From the NCBI GenBank assembly GCA_963823035.1, contig CAWGKG010000018.1, positions 32,001-96,000 of the forward strand: a stretch of 64,000 nucleotides of DNA, given 5' to 3'. Positions 1 to 9,557 of the stretch are shown here, one piece after another. The position numbers were made by a program, and so were the translations under genes. Numbering within the stretch: position 1 is the stretch's first letter; every line of letters starts with the position of its first letter. The notes under the pieces were generated by a model. It was not told the origin of the DNA. It made no database searches and was given only the letters and a program-made list of their open reading frames with translations. The DNA comes from an uncultured Gemmatimonadales bacterium (GTDB lineage: Bacteria; Gemmatimonadota; Gemmatimonadetes; Longimicrobiales; Gaopeijiaceae).

Positions 1-39
1 ACCTCGAGGGAAACCCCTTCCCCCGCAGCACAACCACGT

Positions 40-67
40 AAAAAAAAGCCCGAGACTTCGCTCGGGC
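40..67 (-). terminator. Intrinsic terminator (possible attenuator) at the end of a structured RNA
   Basis: Minus strand reads GCCCGAG-cgaagt-CTCGGGC followed by T8. Confidence 0.8.
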
Positions 68-213
68 CGCAACCGGAGTCCGCGGCGGGAGCGTCTACCG
101 CTTCGCCGGACACCTTGCGACCCTCACGTCGGCCCGACAGCAGGGGGCCCTGAAGGTGGGGCCGCCGGTCCAGCGACCCACTTCTTCGTTGTCGAACCAC
201 CGCACACGGGTGG
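40..213 (-). ncRNA. Putative structured cis-leader or sRNA; family not recognised
   Basis: Lies between a sigma70-like promoter (220-248) and a terminator. Contains several hairpins, e.g. CCACC/GGTGG and GCCGC..GCGGC. No credible CDS. Confidence 0.5.
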
Positions 214-219
214 TGGAAG

Positions 220-248
220 AAAATGGCGCAAGGCCCCGGCAGGGTCAA
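220..248 (-). promoter_or_regulatory. sigma70-like promoter
   Basis: TTGACC (248-243), 17 nt spacer, CATTTT (225-220). Confidence 0.5.
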
Positions 249-304
249 GCGCGCAGGTCGCCGGGAGCCCGTGCGCGCGAAGGGACTTCCGCCCGGACGC
301 CGCC

Positions 305-1138
305 TTGGCCAGACTCATCCCGTATCTTGACCCGGCCCTACCCCGATCCCCGGCGATTGACGTGCAACCCAACCCGAAGGTCGCGCCCCCCGCTCCCGGC
401 CTCGTGTCCGAGTCCCTCGAGGAGGGTCGTTGGCTCTTCCGCTGGCGGAGCTACCCGCCCCTGGTGGTCCTCGCCTACGTCCTCCTCCTGACGTGGGTGG
501 AGCCTCTCCCCGTGGGGGGACGCTCCGCCGTGGTCCCCTGGGCTGTCGTGGGCATCCTGCTGGGCGCCCTGGGCCTGGCGATCCGGGGATGGACGGTGGG
601 CCACGTGGCGATCGGCACCTCCGGCCGCGGCACGAAGGAGCTCCGCGCCGAGGAGCTCAACAGCGGCGGGATCTACTCGCTCGTGCGCCACCCCCTCTAT
701 CTCGGCAACTACTTCATGTGGATCGGGGTGGCCGCCTTCGCGGGCCGACCCGTCCTGCTCTTCGTCACCACCCTGCTCTTCTGGCTCTACTACGAGCGCA
801 TCATGATGGCCGAGGAGCGCTTTCTCTACGAGCGCTTCGGAGACGCCTTCGCCGCGTGGTCCGCGCGTACCCCACCCTTCGTACCCCGCCTGAGCGGTTG
901 GAGTCCCTGGCCCTATCCGTTCAGCGTCCGCTTCGTGCTGGGGCGGGACTACCAGGCGCTCTACGGCTTCGTGGCCTCGACGGCGGCGGTGGCCGTGCTG
1001 CGCGCCGCCGTGCTGCACGAGGGGTGGGCGGGAATGCGCGCGTGGGTGATCTACTTCGGCGCGGGGACGCTCGCGTACGTCCTGCTGCACACGCTCAAGC
1101 GGAGGACGCGGTTGCTCGAGCCGGTCGACGCGCGGTAG
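305..1138 (+). CDS. ICMT/PEMT-family membrane methyltransferase, LmtA (lipid A phosphate methyltransferase)-like; true start may be near 404
   Basis: Motifs GRWLFRWRSY, GTSGR, GIYSLVRHPLYLGN and YERIMMAEERFL; multiple TM helices. Confidence 0.75.
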   Translation: MARLIPYLDPALPRSPAIDVQPNPKVAPPAPGLVSESLEEGRWLFRWRSYPPLVVLAYVLLLTWVEPLPVGGRSAVVPWAVVGILLGALGLAIRGWTVGHVAIGTSGRGTKELRAEELNSGGIYSLVRHPLYLGNYFMWIGVAAFAGRPVLLFVTTLLFWLYYERIMMAEERFLYERFGDAFAAWSARTPPFVPRLSGWSPWPYPFSVRFVLGRDYQALYGFVASTAAVAVLRAAVLHEGWAGMRAWVIYFGAGTLAYVLLHTLKRRTRLLEPVDAR

Positions 1139-1155
1139 AACCCCCTTCTCGATTT

Positions 1156-1222
1156 CCTCTGCGTCCTCTGCGGCCTCTGTGGTAAGAGCAGTTCACCACA
1201 GAGGCCGCAGAGGACGCAGAGG
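1156..1222. repeat. REP-like palindrome, copy 1
   Basis: Perfect 28-bp inverted repeat CCTCTGCGTCCTCTGCGGCCTCTGTGGT with 11-nt loop AAGAGCAGTTC. Confidence 0.9.
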
Positions 1223-1280
1223 TACTGATCTTGTTGGGTACCGCGCGGGGGCCTCACGGTGGCCCGCCGCCCCCTCCCGC

Positions 1281-3203
1281 TCAGTCCAGGGCGCGCGTGC
1301 GGATCCGCTCCGCCACCACCTCCACGAAGTCCGCGCGCGGCATGACCTCCTGCTTCCTCCCGGCGCCACGCTTTCGCACCGCCACCGTGCCGTCGGCGGC
1401 CTCGCGCTCCCCGACCACCGCCATGAAGGGGATCTTCAGCGTCTCGGCCTCGCGGATGCGGTAGCCGAGCGTCTCGCGGGCCTCGACACGGGCGCGCACA
1501 CCCGCCTTCTCGAGGTCGCTCGCGAGCGACTCCGCGCTCTCGATCCACGGCTCGGAGATGGGGAGCACGCGCACCTGCTCGGGGGAGAGCCACGTGGGGA
1601 ACGCTCCCGCGTAGTGCTCGATCAGTCCGCCCACGAAACGCTCCATCGAGCCGACCAGCACTCGGTGCAGCATGACCGGGCGATGTGCCTGGTTGTCCTC
1701 GCCGACGTACTCCATCTCGAAGCGGTCAGGGAGGTTGAAGTCGAGCTGCACCGTCGGACCCTGCCACGCCCGGCCGATCGCGTCGATGAGCTTGAAGTCG
1801 AGCTTGGGCCCGTAGAAGGCCCCCCCGCCCTCGTCGATCTCGAACGGCACGCCGCGCTCCTTCAGGACGCCGGACAGCAACTCGATCGCGCCGTTCCAGT
1901 CCTCGTCCGAGCCCAGCGCCTTCTCGGGCTTCGTCGACAGCTCGATCGCGTAGGGGTAGCCGAACGTCGTGAGCATCTCGTCGACCAGGTCGAGGAGGCG
2001 GCCGATCTCGTCGGGTACCTGTTCCGGCGTGCAGAAGACGTGCGCGTCGTCCTGCGTGAAGCCGCGGACACGGAGCATGCCGTGCAGGACGCCGCTCCGT
2101 TCGTAGCGGTAGCACGTGCCGAACTCGGCCATGCGGATGGGCAGATCGCGGTAGGAGTGCTGGTTCGCCTGGAAGACCGCGATGTGGCCGGGGCAGTTCA
2201 TGGGCTTGGGGCGGTAGCGCGCGCCCTCCACCTCCATCGCGCCGAACATGTTCTCCTTGAAGTTCTCCAGGTGCCCGGAGATCTCGAACAGCCGCTCGCT
2301 CATGATGTGCGGCGTGTAGACGATCTGATAGCCGTGGCGCAGGATCAGGTCGCGCTCGTAGTTCTCGATCTCCATGCGGACGAGGGCGCCCTTCGGGTGC
2401 CAGAGGATGAGCCCCTGCCCCACGCGCTCGTCCGTGCTGAACAGGTCGAGCTCCCTGCCGAGCCGGCGGTGGTCGCGCTTCTTGGCCTCCTCCAGCCGCT
2501 CCAGGTGCTCGTCCAACTCGTTCTGCTTGAAGAACGCCGTCCCGTAGATCCGCTGCAGCATCTGGCGCTTTTCGTCGCCCCTCCAGTAGGCGCCGGCGCC
2601 CGACAGCAGCTTGAAGTGCTTGAGCCGCCCCGTGCTCGGCACGTGCGGACCGCGACACAGGTCGAGGAAGGCGCCGTCGCGGTAGACCGTGATCACCTCG
2701 TCGTCGCCGAACTCCTCGAGCCGCTCGAGCTTGAGCGGATCGTCGGCGAACAACGCACGCGCCTCCTCCTTCGTGACGCGCCGCCGCTCGAAGGGGAGAT
2801 CCTCGCGCACGACCTCGCCCATCTTCGCCTCGAAGGCCTCGAGGTCCTCCGGCGTGAAGGGCGCTTCGACTTCGAAGTCGTAGTAGAATCCGTCGTCGAT
2901 GGCCGGGCCGAAGCCGATCCCAGCACCCGGGCGCAGCTCGCGCACCGCCGTGGCCAGGACGTGCGCGGCCGAGTGGCGCAGCACCGGGAGAGCTTCGGCG
3001 TCCTTCTCCGTCAGGATGCGGATGGACGTGTCATCCTCGATCGGCGTCATCAGGTCGACCGTGGCGCCGTCGATGACCGCCGCCACGGCCGCCTTGGCCA
3101 GCCCGGGGCCGATGGAGCGCGCGACGTCGCCGGCCGTCGAGCCGCTCGGCAGCTCGAGGACGTCGCCGTTGGGAAGCGTGATGCGGATCTGCTCGCTGGA
3201 CAT
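1281..3203 (-). CDS. thrS: Threonine--tRNA ligase
   Basis: TGS N-terminus, HSAAH and DLCRGPH editing motifs, KPMNCPGH, RVRGFTQDDAH, GAFYGPK. ATG at 3203. Confidence 0.98.
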   Translation of the reverse strand: MSSEQIRITLPNGDVLELPSGSTAGDVARSIGPGLAKAAVAAVIDGATVDLMTPIEDDTSIRILTEKDAEALPVLRHSAAHVLATAVRELRPGAGIGFGPAIDDGFYYDFEVEAPFTPEDLEAFEAKMGEVVREDLPFERRRVTKEEARALFADDPLKLERLEEFGDDEVITVYRDGAFLDLCRGPHVPSTGRLKHFKLLSGAGAYWRGDEKRQMLQRIYGTAFFKQNELDEHLERLEEAKKRDHRRLGRELDLFSTDERVGQGLILWHPKGALVRMEIENYERDLILRHGYQIVYTPHIMSERLFEISGHLENFKENMFGAMEVEGARYRPKPMNCPGHIAVFQANQHSYRDLPIRMAEFGTCYRYERSGVLHGMLRVRGFTQDDAHVFCTPEQVPDEIGRLLDLVDEMLTTFGYPYAIELSTKPEKALGSDEDWNGAIELLSGVLKERGVPFEIDEGGGAFYGPKLDFKLIDAIGRAWQGPTVQLDFNLPDRFEMEYVGEDNQAHRPVMLHRVLVGSMERFVGGLIEHYAGAFPTWLSPEQVRVLPISEPWIESAESLASDLEKAGVRARVEARETLGYRIREAETLKIPFMAVVGEREAADGTVAVRKRGAGRKQEVMPRADFVEVVAERIRTRALD

Positions 3204-3262
3204 GGTTCTCGTGGTTCGGTTCGGGTGGTCCGCTACGATCGAGATCGGACGCCCGGGGGTCA

Positions 3263-3300
3263 ATGAAAAGCGCGGCTCCCGGGGTGCGGGGCCGCGCTCT
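3263..3300 (-). terminator. Attenuator terminator upstream of thrS
   Basis: Minus strand AGCGCGGC-CCCG...CGGG-A-GCCGCGCT followed by TTTCATT, about 60 nt before the thrS ATG. Confidence 0.75.
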
Positions 3301-3323
3301 CGGTCGGTCTGATCGCCTCTGCC

Positions 3324-3401
3324 CTAACCGACGTGCACGTCCCCCGGGCCGGTGGTCCGGCCGGTCGTCGTGGTCGTGTCGGTCGTTCGGCGCGCGGACA
3401 T
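3324..3401 (-). CDS. Thr-rich leader peptide MSARRTTDTTTTTGRTTGPGDVHVG (25 aa)
   Basis: ATG at 3401 preceded by CAGGAGCAGGA; TAG at 3326-3324; 9 Thr codons including 5 in tandem; immediately upstream of the terminator and thrS. Confidence 0.85.
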   Translation of the reverse strand: MSARRTTDTTTTTGRTTGPGDVHVG

Positions 3402-3436
3402 CGGAGTCCTGCTCCTGGGCTGAGGATCGTCGCCCA

Positions 3437-3465
3437 AGAATCGCCCGCGCGTGCGGTGAGGTCAA
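3437..3465 (-). promoter_or_regulatory. sigma70-like promoter for the thrS leader
   Basis: TTGACC (3465-3460), 17 nt spacer, GATTCT (3442-3437). Confidence 0.5.
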
Positions 3466-3555
3466 TGGGCCCGTCGCGCGGCGCCTGACCGGAATCCCAC
3501 TCGTTTCGCGCAATGCGCAGCGAGCCGACGATGCACCTCATCGACCCGAGGTCCC

Positions 3556-4020
3556 ATGCGCAGACGAGCCCCTTCCCTTTTCGCCTTCGCCCTCGCGTTC
3601 GCCCTCACGGGCTGCGCCAGCGACTCGCCCACGGGCCCGGACGCGCTCGGCGACGTGTTCATGACCGCTACGATCGACGGCACGCCCTGGACAGCCACGA
3701 TCGGCTTCACGGCCGCCAACAACGCGGGGATCCTGGCCTTCGCCGGATCGGATCCCTCGCAGCGCACGCTCGGCGTCGGCCTTACGCCCGTGGACGGCAC
3801 CGGCACCTACGCCGTGGGGATCAACCAGCCCACGAACGCCAACTACAGCGAGGGCGGCGGTACGAACTGGACCGCGATCACGTCGACCGGGAGCGGCTCG
3901 GTCACGCTGACCGAACTGTCCGACACCGGCGCATCGGGCACCTTCTCCTTCACGCTGAAGTCCGACTCGGGCGGGCCCGACCGGGTGGTCACCGACGGGA
4001 AGTTCTCCGTGACGTTCTAG
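3556..4020 (+). CDS. Lipoprotein of unknown function (beta-rich)
   Basis: Signal peptide with lipobox LTGC; Thr/Gly-rich; ends in GKFSVTF. Confidence 0.8.
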   Translation: MRRRAPSLFAFALAFALTGCASDSPTGPDALGDVFMTATIDGTPWTATIGFTAANNAGILAFAGSDPSQRTLGVGLTPVDGTGTYAVGINQPTNANYSEGGGTNWTAITSTGSGSVTLTELSDTGASGTFSFTLKSDSGGPDRVVTDGKFSVTF

Positions 4021-5302
4021 AAGCACCTCCGCCCTGCGCGCAGAACCGGACGATCGCCACGGCGAGCGTACGCGCCGTAGCCACCAGGTCCGCCACGGAC
4101 ACCCATTCGTCGGGCCGATGCGCCCTGCGGATGTCACCCGGCCCGAAGAGCACGCCCGGCGTGTGCGCGACGCCCGTGAGCAAGCCCAGATCCGCGCCGT
4201 ACGTCATGCCCTCGAGCGCCGGCTCGTGACCCAGCACCGCAGTCGCGGCCGACCGTACGGCCCGCACGAGTGGATGATCGGTCGGGGTACGGGCCGCGAG
4301 GAAGCGCCCACCCCACCAGCTCAACGTGGGCGGGTGGTCACGCAGCCACGCGTCGCCGGCCGCGGCGCCGTCCAGTGCCGCCGCCAGCTCCCGGCGGGCG
4401 TCCTCCGGCACCTCGCCGGGTGCGAGGCCCATCCTTCCCTCCACGGTCACGTGATCGGGCACGGAGGAGGCCCAGTCGCCCCCCCGGACGGTCCCGACGC
4501 AGATCGGGAACGGGAGGCGATGCGCCGCGAAGAGCGCGTCGCCCCCGAGGCGTCCGTTGCGCTCCTCTTCGAGTTGGCGCAGCGCCGCGTGCACGCCGAA
4601 GAGCTTTTCCAGTGCGCTCACACCCTCCTCGCGCACCGCGCCGTGGGCGGCGAGGCCGGGCACGCGGATGCGGAAGTTCACCACGCCGGCCTGCGCGGGC
4701 GCGACGGCCAGGTCGGTCGGCTCCATCACGACGGCGCCGTCCGCCCGGTAGCCGCGAAGGACGGCCGCGAGCGTCCCGCTGCCACCGTCCTCCTCGCCGA
4801 CCACGCTCATCAGGTGTACGGATCCTCCCAGCGCGACGCCCGCCCTCCGCACCGCCGCGACCGCCTGGAGCCCTGCGGCCAACGCGCCTTTCATGTCGAG
4901 GGCGCCGCGTCCGTACAGCCGGCCATCCTCCACCACGCCGGCGAAGGGGGGATGCAGCCAGAGTCCCGCATCCCCGGGGGGCACCACATCCACGTGGCCG
5001 TTCAGGATCAGGCTACGGCCGCCGCCCTTCCCCGGCAGCGTTCCCACCACACCGAGCGCCCGGTCCCGCTCGATCTCCGCGGCGTAGTGGGGATGGTCGG
5101 CGAGCGCCGCCATGTCGATCTCCCAGGCGTCGACCTCGAGTCCGGCATCGGCCATCAACTCGGCCATCGCCTCCTGCGCCGGCGTCTCCTTCCCGTCCCA
5201 GCTCGGGATGCGCACGAGCCTCCGCGCAGCCGCCACGAGCGCGTCGGCGTCGACGCCCTCTGCTGCGCGCGCCTCCAGGGGGGTGAGCAGCGGCCCGCTC
5301 AT
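3989..5302 (-). CDS. M20 family peptidase/deacylase (ArgE/DapE-like)
   Basis: LNGHVDVVP, YGRGALDMKG, VGEE, EPT, AHRPDE motifs. Confidence 0.9.
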   Translation of the reverse strand: MSGPLLTPLEARAAEGVDADALVAAARRLVRIPSWDGKETPAQEAMAELMADAGLEVDAWEIDMAALADHPHYAAEIERDRALGVVGTLPGKGGGRSLILNGHVDVVPPGDAGLWLHPPFAGVVEDGRLYGRGALDMKGALAAGLQAVAAVRRAGVALGGSVHLMSVVGEEDGGSGTLAAVLRGYRADGAVVMEPTDLAVAPAQAGVVNFRIRVPGLAAHGAVREEGVSALEKLFGVHAALRQLEEERNGRLGGDALFAAHRLPFPICVGTVRGGDWASSVPDHVTVEGRMGLAPGEVPEDARRELAAALDGAAAGDAWLRDHPPTLSWWGGRFLAARTPTDHPLVRAVRSAATAVLGHEPALEGMTYGADLGLLTGVAHTPGVLFGPGDIRRAHRPDEWVSVADLVATARTLAVAIVRFCAQGGGASRTSRRTSRR

Positions 5303-5503
5303 ACCACCGCCCGTCGGAGCGGTGCGTCGCGCCCGGCGATGAGGTCGCCCGGGTCCCCGATGCCCGGCGTCCCGGGGCCCGGCCCTGTCCGCTCCGTCAC
5401 ACTCGTTCCTCACTCCTTGGATGGGATCCGTGGCGCGGCAAGGTAACGCGCCCGGACGCCGCTCGCGCCGGACTCCAGCCCCACTCCACCGGGCCCGGCT
5501 CGC

Positions 5504-6025
5504 CTACCGCGCGAGGAGGAAGCGGTTCGAGATGCGTTGGGTCAGCGGCAGGGCGCTGGCGGGATCGACGGGGCCTCCGTCCCACGACGACACGGCTCGG
5601 TGCCAGAGCAGGCGGTACACCCCGCCGACCTCCGCGAAGGCGAACGCCGGCACCACGTTCGAGCCGGCGGGCGCACCGAAGACCCGTAGCGTGTCCGCGA
5701 GCGTGCCCCCGGGAGGGACGACCACCGGCGGACTCGCACACGCACCGCTGAACGGCGTCCAGGCGTCGAACCACGCGCCGTTCCGCTCCACCTGGAGGAG
5801 AGGGCGCACGTCCCCCTCGCAGTTGGGGAGCCAGACGGTGTCGCCCGTCTCGTTGTGGAAGGTCCACGGGATGGTGGTACGGTAGCCGAGCACTTCGCGG
5901 CGAAGCTCGTAGCGCAGGGCGGACGTCTGCAGGAGCGCGTTGCCGTCCCGTTCGGGTGCGGGCTTCGCGCACGCGGCGGCGACGAGGACGACCACCACGA
6001 CCACGCCCCCGAGGACGAGCTTCAT
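5504..6025 (-). CDS. Hypothetical lipoprotein
   Basis: MKLVLGGVVVVVVLVAAAC signal/lipobox; Ig-like beta pattern ending ISNRFLL. Confidence 0.65.
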   Translation of the reverse strand: MKLVLGGVVVVVVLVAAACAKPAPERDGNALLQTSALRYELRREVLGYRTTIPWTFHNETGDTVWLPNCEGDVRPLLQVERNGAWFDAWTPFSGACASPPVVVPPGGTLADTLRVFGAPAGSNVVPAFAFAEVGGVYRLLWHRAVSSWDGGPVDPASALPLTQRISNRFLLAR

Positions 6026-6109
6026 GCGATGCCGGGCGGCCACCCGGCGGCGGGCTCCCCGACCCACGGCCACGCGACGAAGTCCGTCAGCGGAGGCTCC
6101 CCGCACGGG

Positions 6110-7030
6110 TCAATCGGAGCCCAGCGCGTCGCACGCCACCACACGCCATCTCCCGTCGCCGGGCCGCACGGTGCATTGGTACACGGAGGCCGTCGGCCCG
6201 TCCGCGTAGTAGCCGGCACGCACCCGTACCACGTCGGACCCGGTGTACTCCGGGAGGTCGGTCCACAGGGCCGCGGCCTCCTCGCCGGTACGCTCCAGCA
6301 GAAGCCGTGCACCGTGCACCCCCGGGAACGCGTGGTCCAGATCGATCCGGCAGTCCGTGGCAGGGACCACAGGGATCGGGGCGCTCGCCAGGAGCCGCAT
6401 GAGGGAACTGGGCGGATCGAGGAGCGGGAGGCCCGGGCCCACACCGATGCACAGCGCCCGGTTCGCGGCGGCGATGGGCGGCTCGTCCCGCTCCGCCAGG
6501 AGGTGCGCGAGCACCTCCGCCTGGATCTCCACGTCGTCCACGCTCAACCGACCGCGCGACAGCCCGCCCTCGAGCGCGAGCGGCACGTACCGGCCGCTGG
6601 CGTCCTTCGAGACGGCCATCCGGGTAACGACCGGGAAGCTGACCCACGCCTCCACGGAGACGCCGTCCCTCGAGGCCGGGTCCCAGCGTGCATCGCCTGA
6701 CGCCGCGAGCGCGACCCGATCGTATTCGGCGTCTCCGGACCGCGTGAGCACGCACGCATGCGAGATCCTGCCGTCCCGCTGGACCAGCGCCTGCACGACC
6801 GTGACGCGGCTGAGACGCGTATGGTAATGCGACTCCACGGCCGCACCCACCGCGTCCGCGTTGCGCAACTCGGGGGCTCCGTCCACGAAGACCGGAAGTG
6901 CACCGGGTGCCGAGCGGAAGAGGTCGTCGCAGCGGGTGACCAGCTCCGGTGCGCCGCGCGGCACCAACGCGCACGCCTGCAGCAGGACCGTCACCAGGAC
7001 GGAAGCCGAGGCTCCGTGCATCGGGTCCAT
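6110..7030 (-). CDS. TonB C-terminal-domain protein with additional C-terminal domain, possible lipoprotein
   Basis: LLQAC lipobox-like; VQALVQRDGRI..SGDAEYDRVALAA..WDPA..G..VEAWVSFPV matches the TonB_C pattern. Confidence 0.7.
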   Translation of the reverse strand: MDPMHGASASVLVTVLLQACALVPRGAPELVTRCDDLFRSAPGALPVFVDGAPELRNADAVGAAVESHYHTRLSRVTVVQALVQRDGRISHACVLTRSGDAEYDRVALAASGDARWDPASRDGVSVEAWVSFPVVTRMAVSKDASGRYVPLALEGGLSRGRLSVDDVEIQAEVLAHLLAERDEPPIAAANRALCIGVGPGLPLLDPPSSLMRLLASAPIPVVPATDCRIDLDHAFPGVHGARLLLERTGEEAAALWTDLPEYTGSDVVRVRAGYYADGPTASVYQCTVRPGDGRWRVVACDALGSD

Positions 7031-7247
7031 CGAAAAACCCTCGACACGCTAAGGGAGGGCCCGCTCCGTGCTCGCGATCCACCCTTCGAGGGCAGTGGGC
7101 CCGGACGCCCCCGACAGGGCGCCGCGCACGGCCAAGCGGGCAGGAATGCCGCGGAAGGGTTGGCCGCTATCTCAAGGTAGCCGGCGCGAAGGGTCGGGCG
7201 CCGCCGGGAGAATACCCACGGAAGGGGGCGGAATTGCCCCACAAGCG

Positions 7248-7283
7248 AAAAGGCCCGGCCACCGCGATGGTGACCGGGCCCTT
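7248..7283 (-). terminator. Intrinsic terminator after groEL
   Basis: GGCCCGGTCACC...GGTGGCCGGGCC-TTTT on the minus strand, about 40 nt after the groEL stop. Confidence 0.75.
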
Positions 7284-7322
7284 CCGGCGCGACCGGCGAA
7301 GCGCCGGAGGCGTTTCGCCGGC

Positions 7323-8972
<1,650 letters not shown>

Positions 8973-8995
8973 TTATTCGTCGATTGCGGGTGCGG

Positions 8996-9301
8996 TCAGC
9001 TGATCACCGCGAGGATGTCGGACTCGCGGAGGATGAGGTACTCGTCCCCATCGAGCGTGACGTCCGTACCGCTGTACTTCCCATACAGAACCTTGTCGCC
9101 GACCTTCACGTCCATGTCGATGCGGGCGCCCTCGTCGGACAGTTTGCCCGGACCCACGGCCACGACTTCACCCTGGGAGGGCTTTTCCTTCGCCGTGTCG
9201 GGGATGTAGAGACCGCCGCGCATCTGTTCGGCGTCATCGAGGGCCTTGATTACCACACGGTCAGCCAAGGGCTGGATCTTGCTGGCTGCTTTCTTGGCCA
9301 T
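8996..9301 (-). CDS. groS: Co-chaperonin GroES
   Basis: [30 protein letters not shown]. Confidence 0.99.
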   Translation of the reverse strand: MAKKAASKIQPLADRVVIKALDDAEQMRGGLYIPDTAKEKPSQGEVVAVGPGKLSDEGARIDMDVKVGDKVLYGKYSGTDVTLDGDEYLILRESDILAVIS

Positions 9302-9361
9302 CGGCCTTCCTCCTCTTTTGAAAAAGGCTGAGTGACGGAGCTTCGGGGTGGACCCCCCTCG

Positions 9362-9388
9362 TTAGCACTCATGATAGACGAGTGCTAA
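9362..9388. promoter_or_regulatory. CIRCE element (HrcA operator)
   Basis: Exact TTAGCACTC-N9-GAGTGCTAA upstream of groES. Confidence 0.97.
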
Positions 9389-9398
9389 CAAGCGGTGT

Positions 9399-9426
9399 AA
9401 TCTGTATGGAATCGCGCACTTGTCAA
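9399..9426 (-). promoter_or_regulatory. sigma70-like promoter of groESL
   Basis: TTGACA (9426-9421), 16 nt spacer, CAGATT, just upstream of the CIRCE. Confidence 0.6.
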
Positions 9427-9557
9427 GCGTGGGAGCGCGCGCCGACGGGGGGCGCGAGCGTATGTGGGGGGCGGATTTCCCCGGTGAAGGGGGGTGGACT
9501 CCCCCCGTCGGAGCCGGGGATTCGACCGGAGGGCGTGCGCGTTTCCGCGCACCCCCA

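Noticed and set aside
1..250. tRNA, SRP RNA or 6S RNA at the left edge
   Set aside because: No cloverleaf with a CCA end, no SRP helix-8 motif and no end-to-end 6S-like pairing could be identified by eye.
3204..3465. T-box riboswitch upstream of thrS
   Set aside because: No T-box consensus (AAGGTGGxACC-like) precedes the terminator; the Thr-rich uORF explains the region better.
5299..5400. Small GTG-started ORF overlapping the M20 peptidase start
   Set aside because: About 33 codons with no compositional bias or motif; cannot be supported as a leader peptide.
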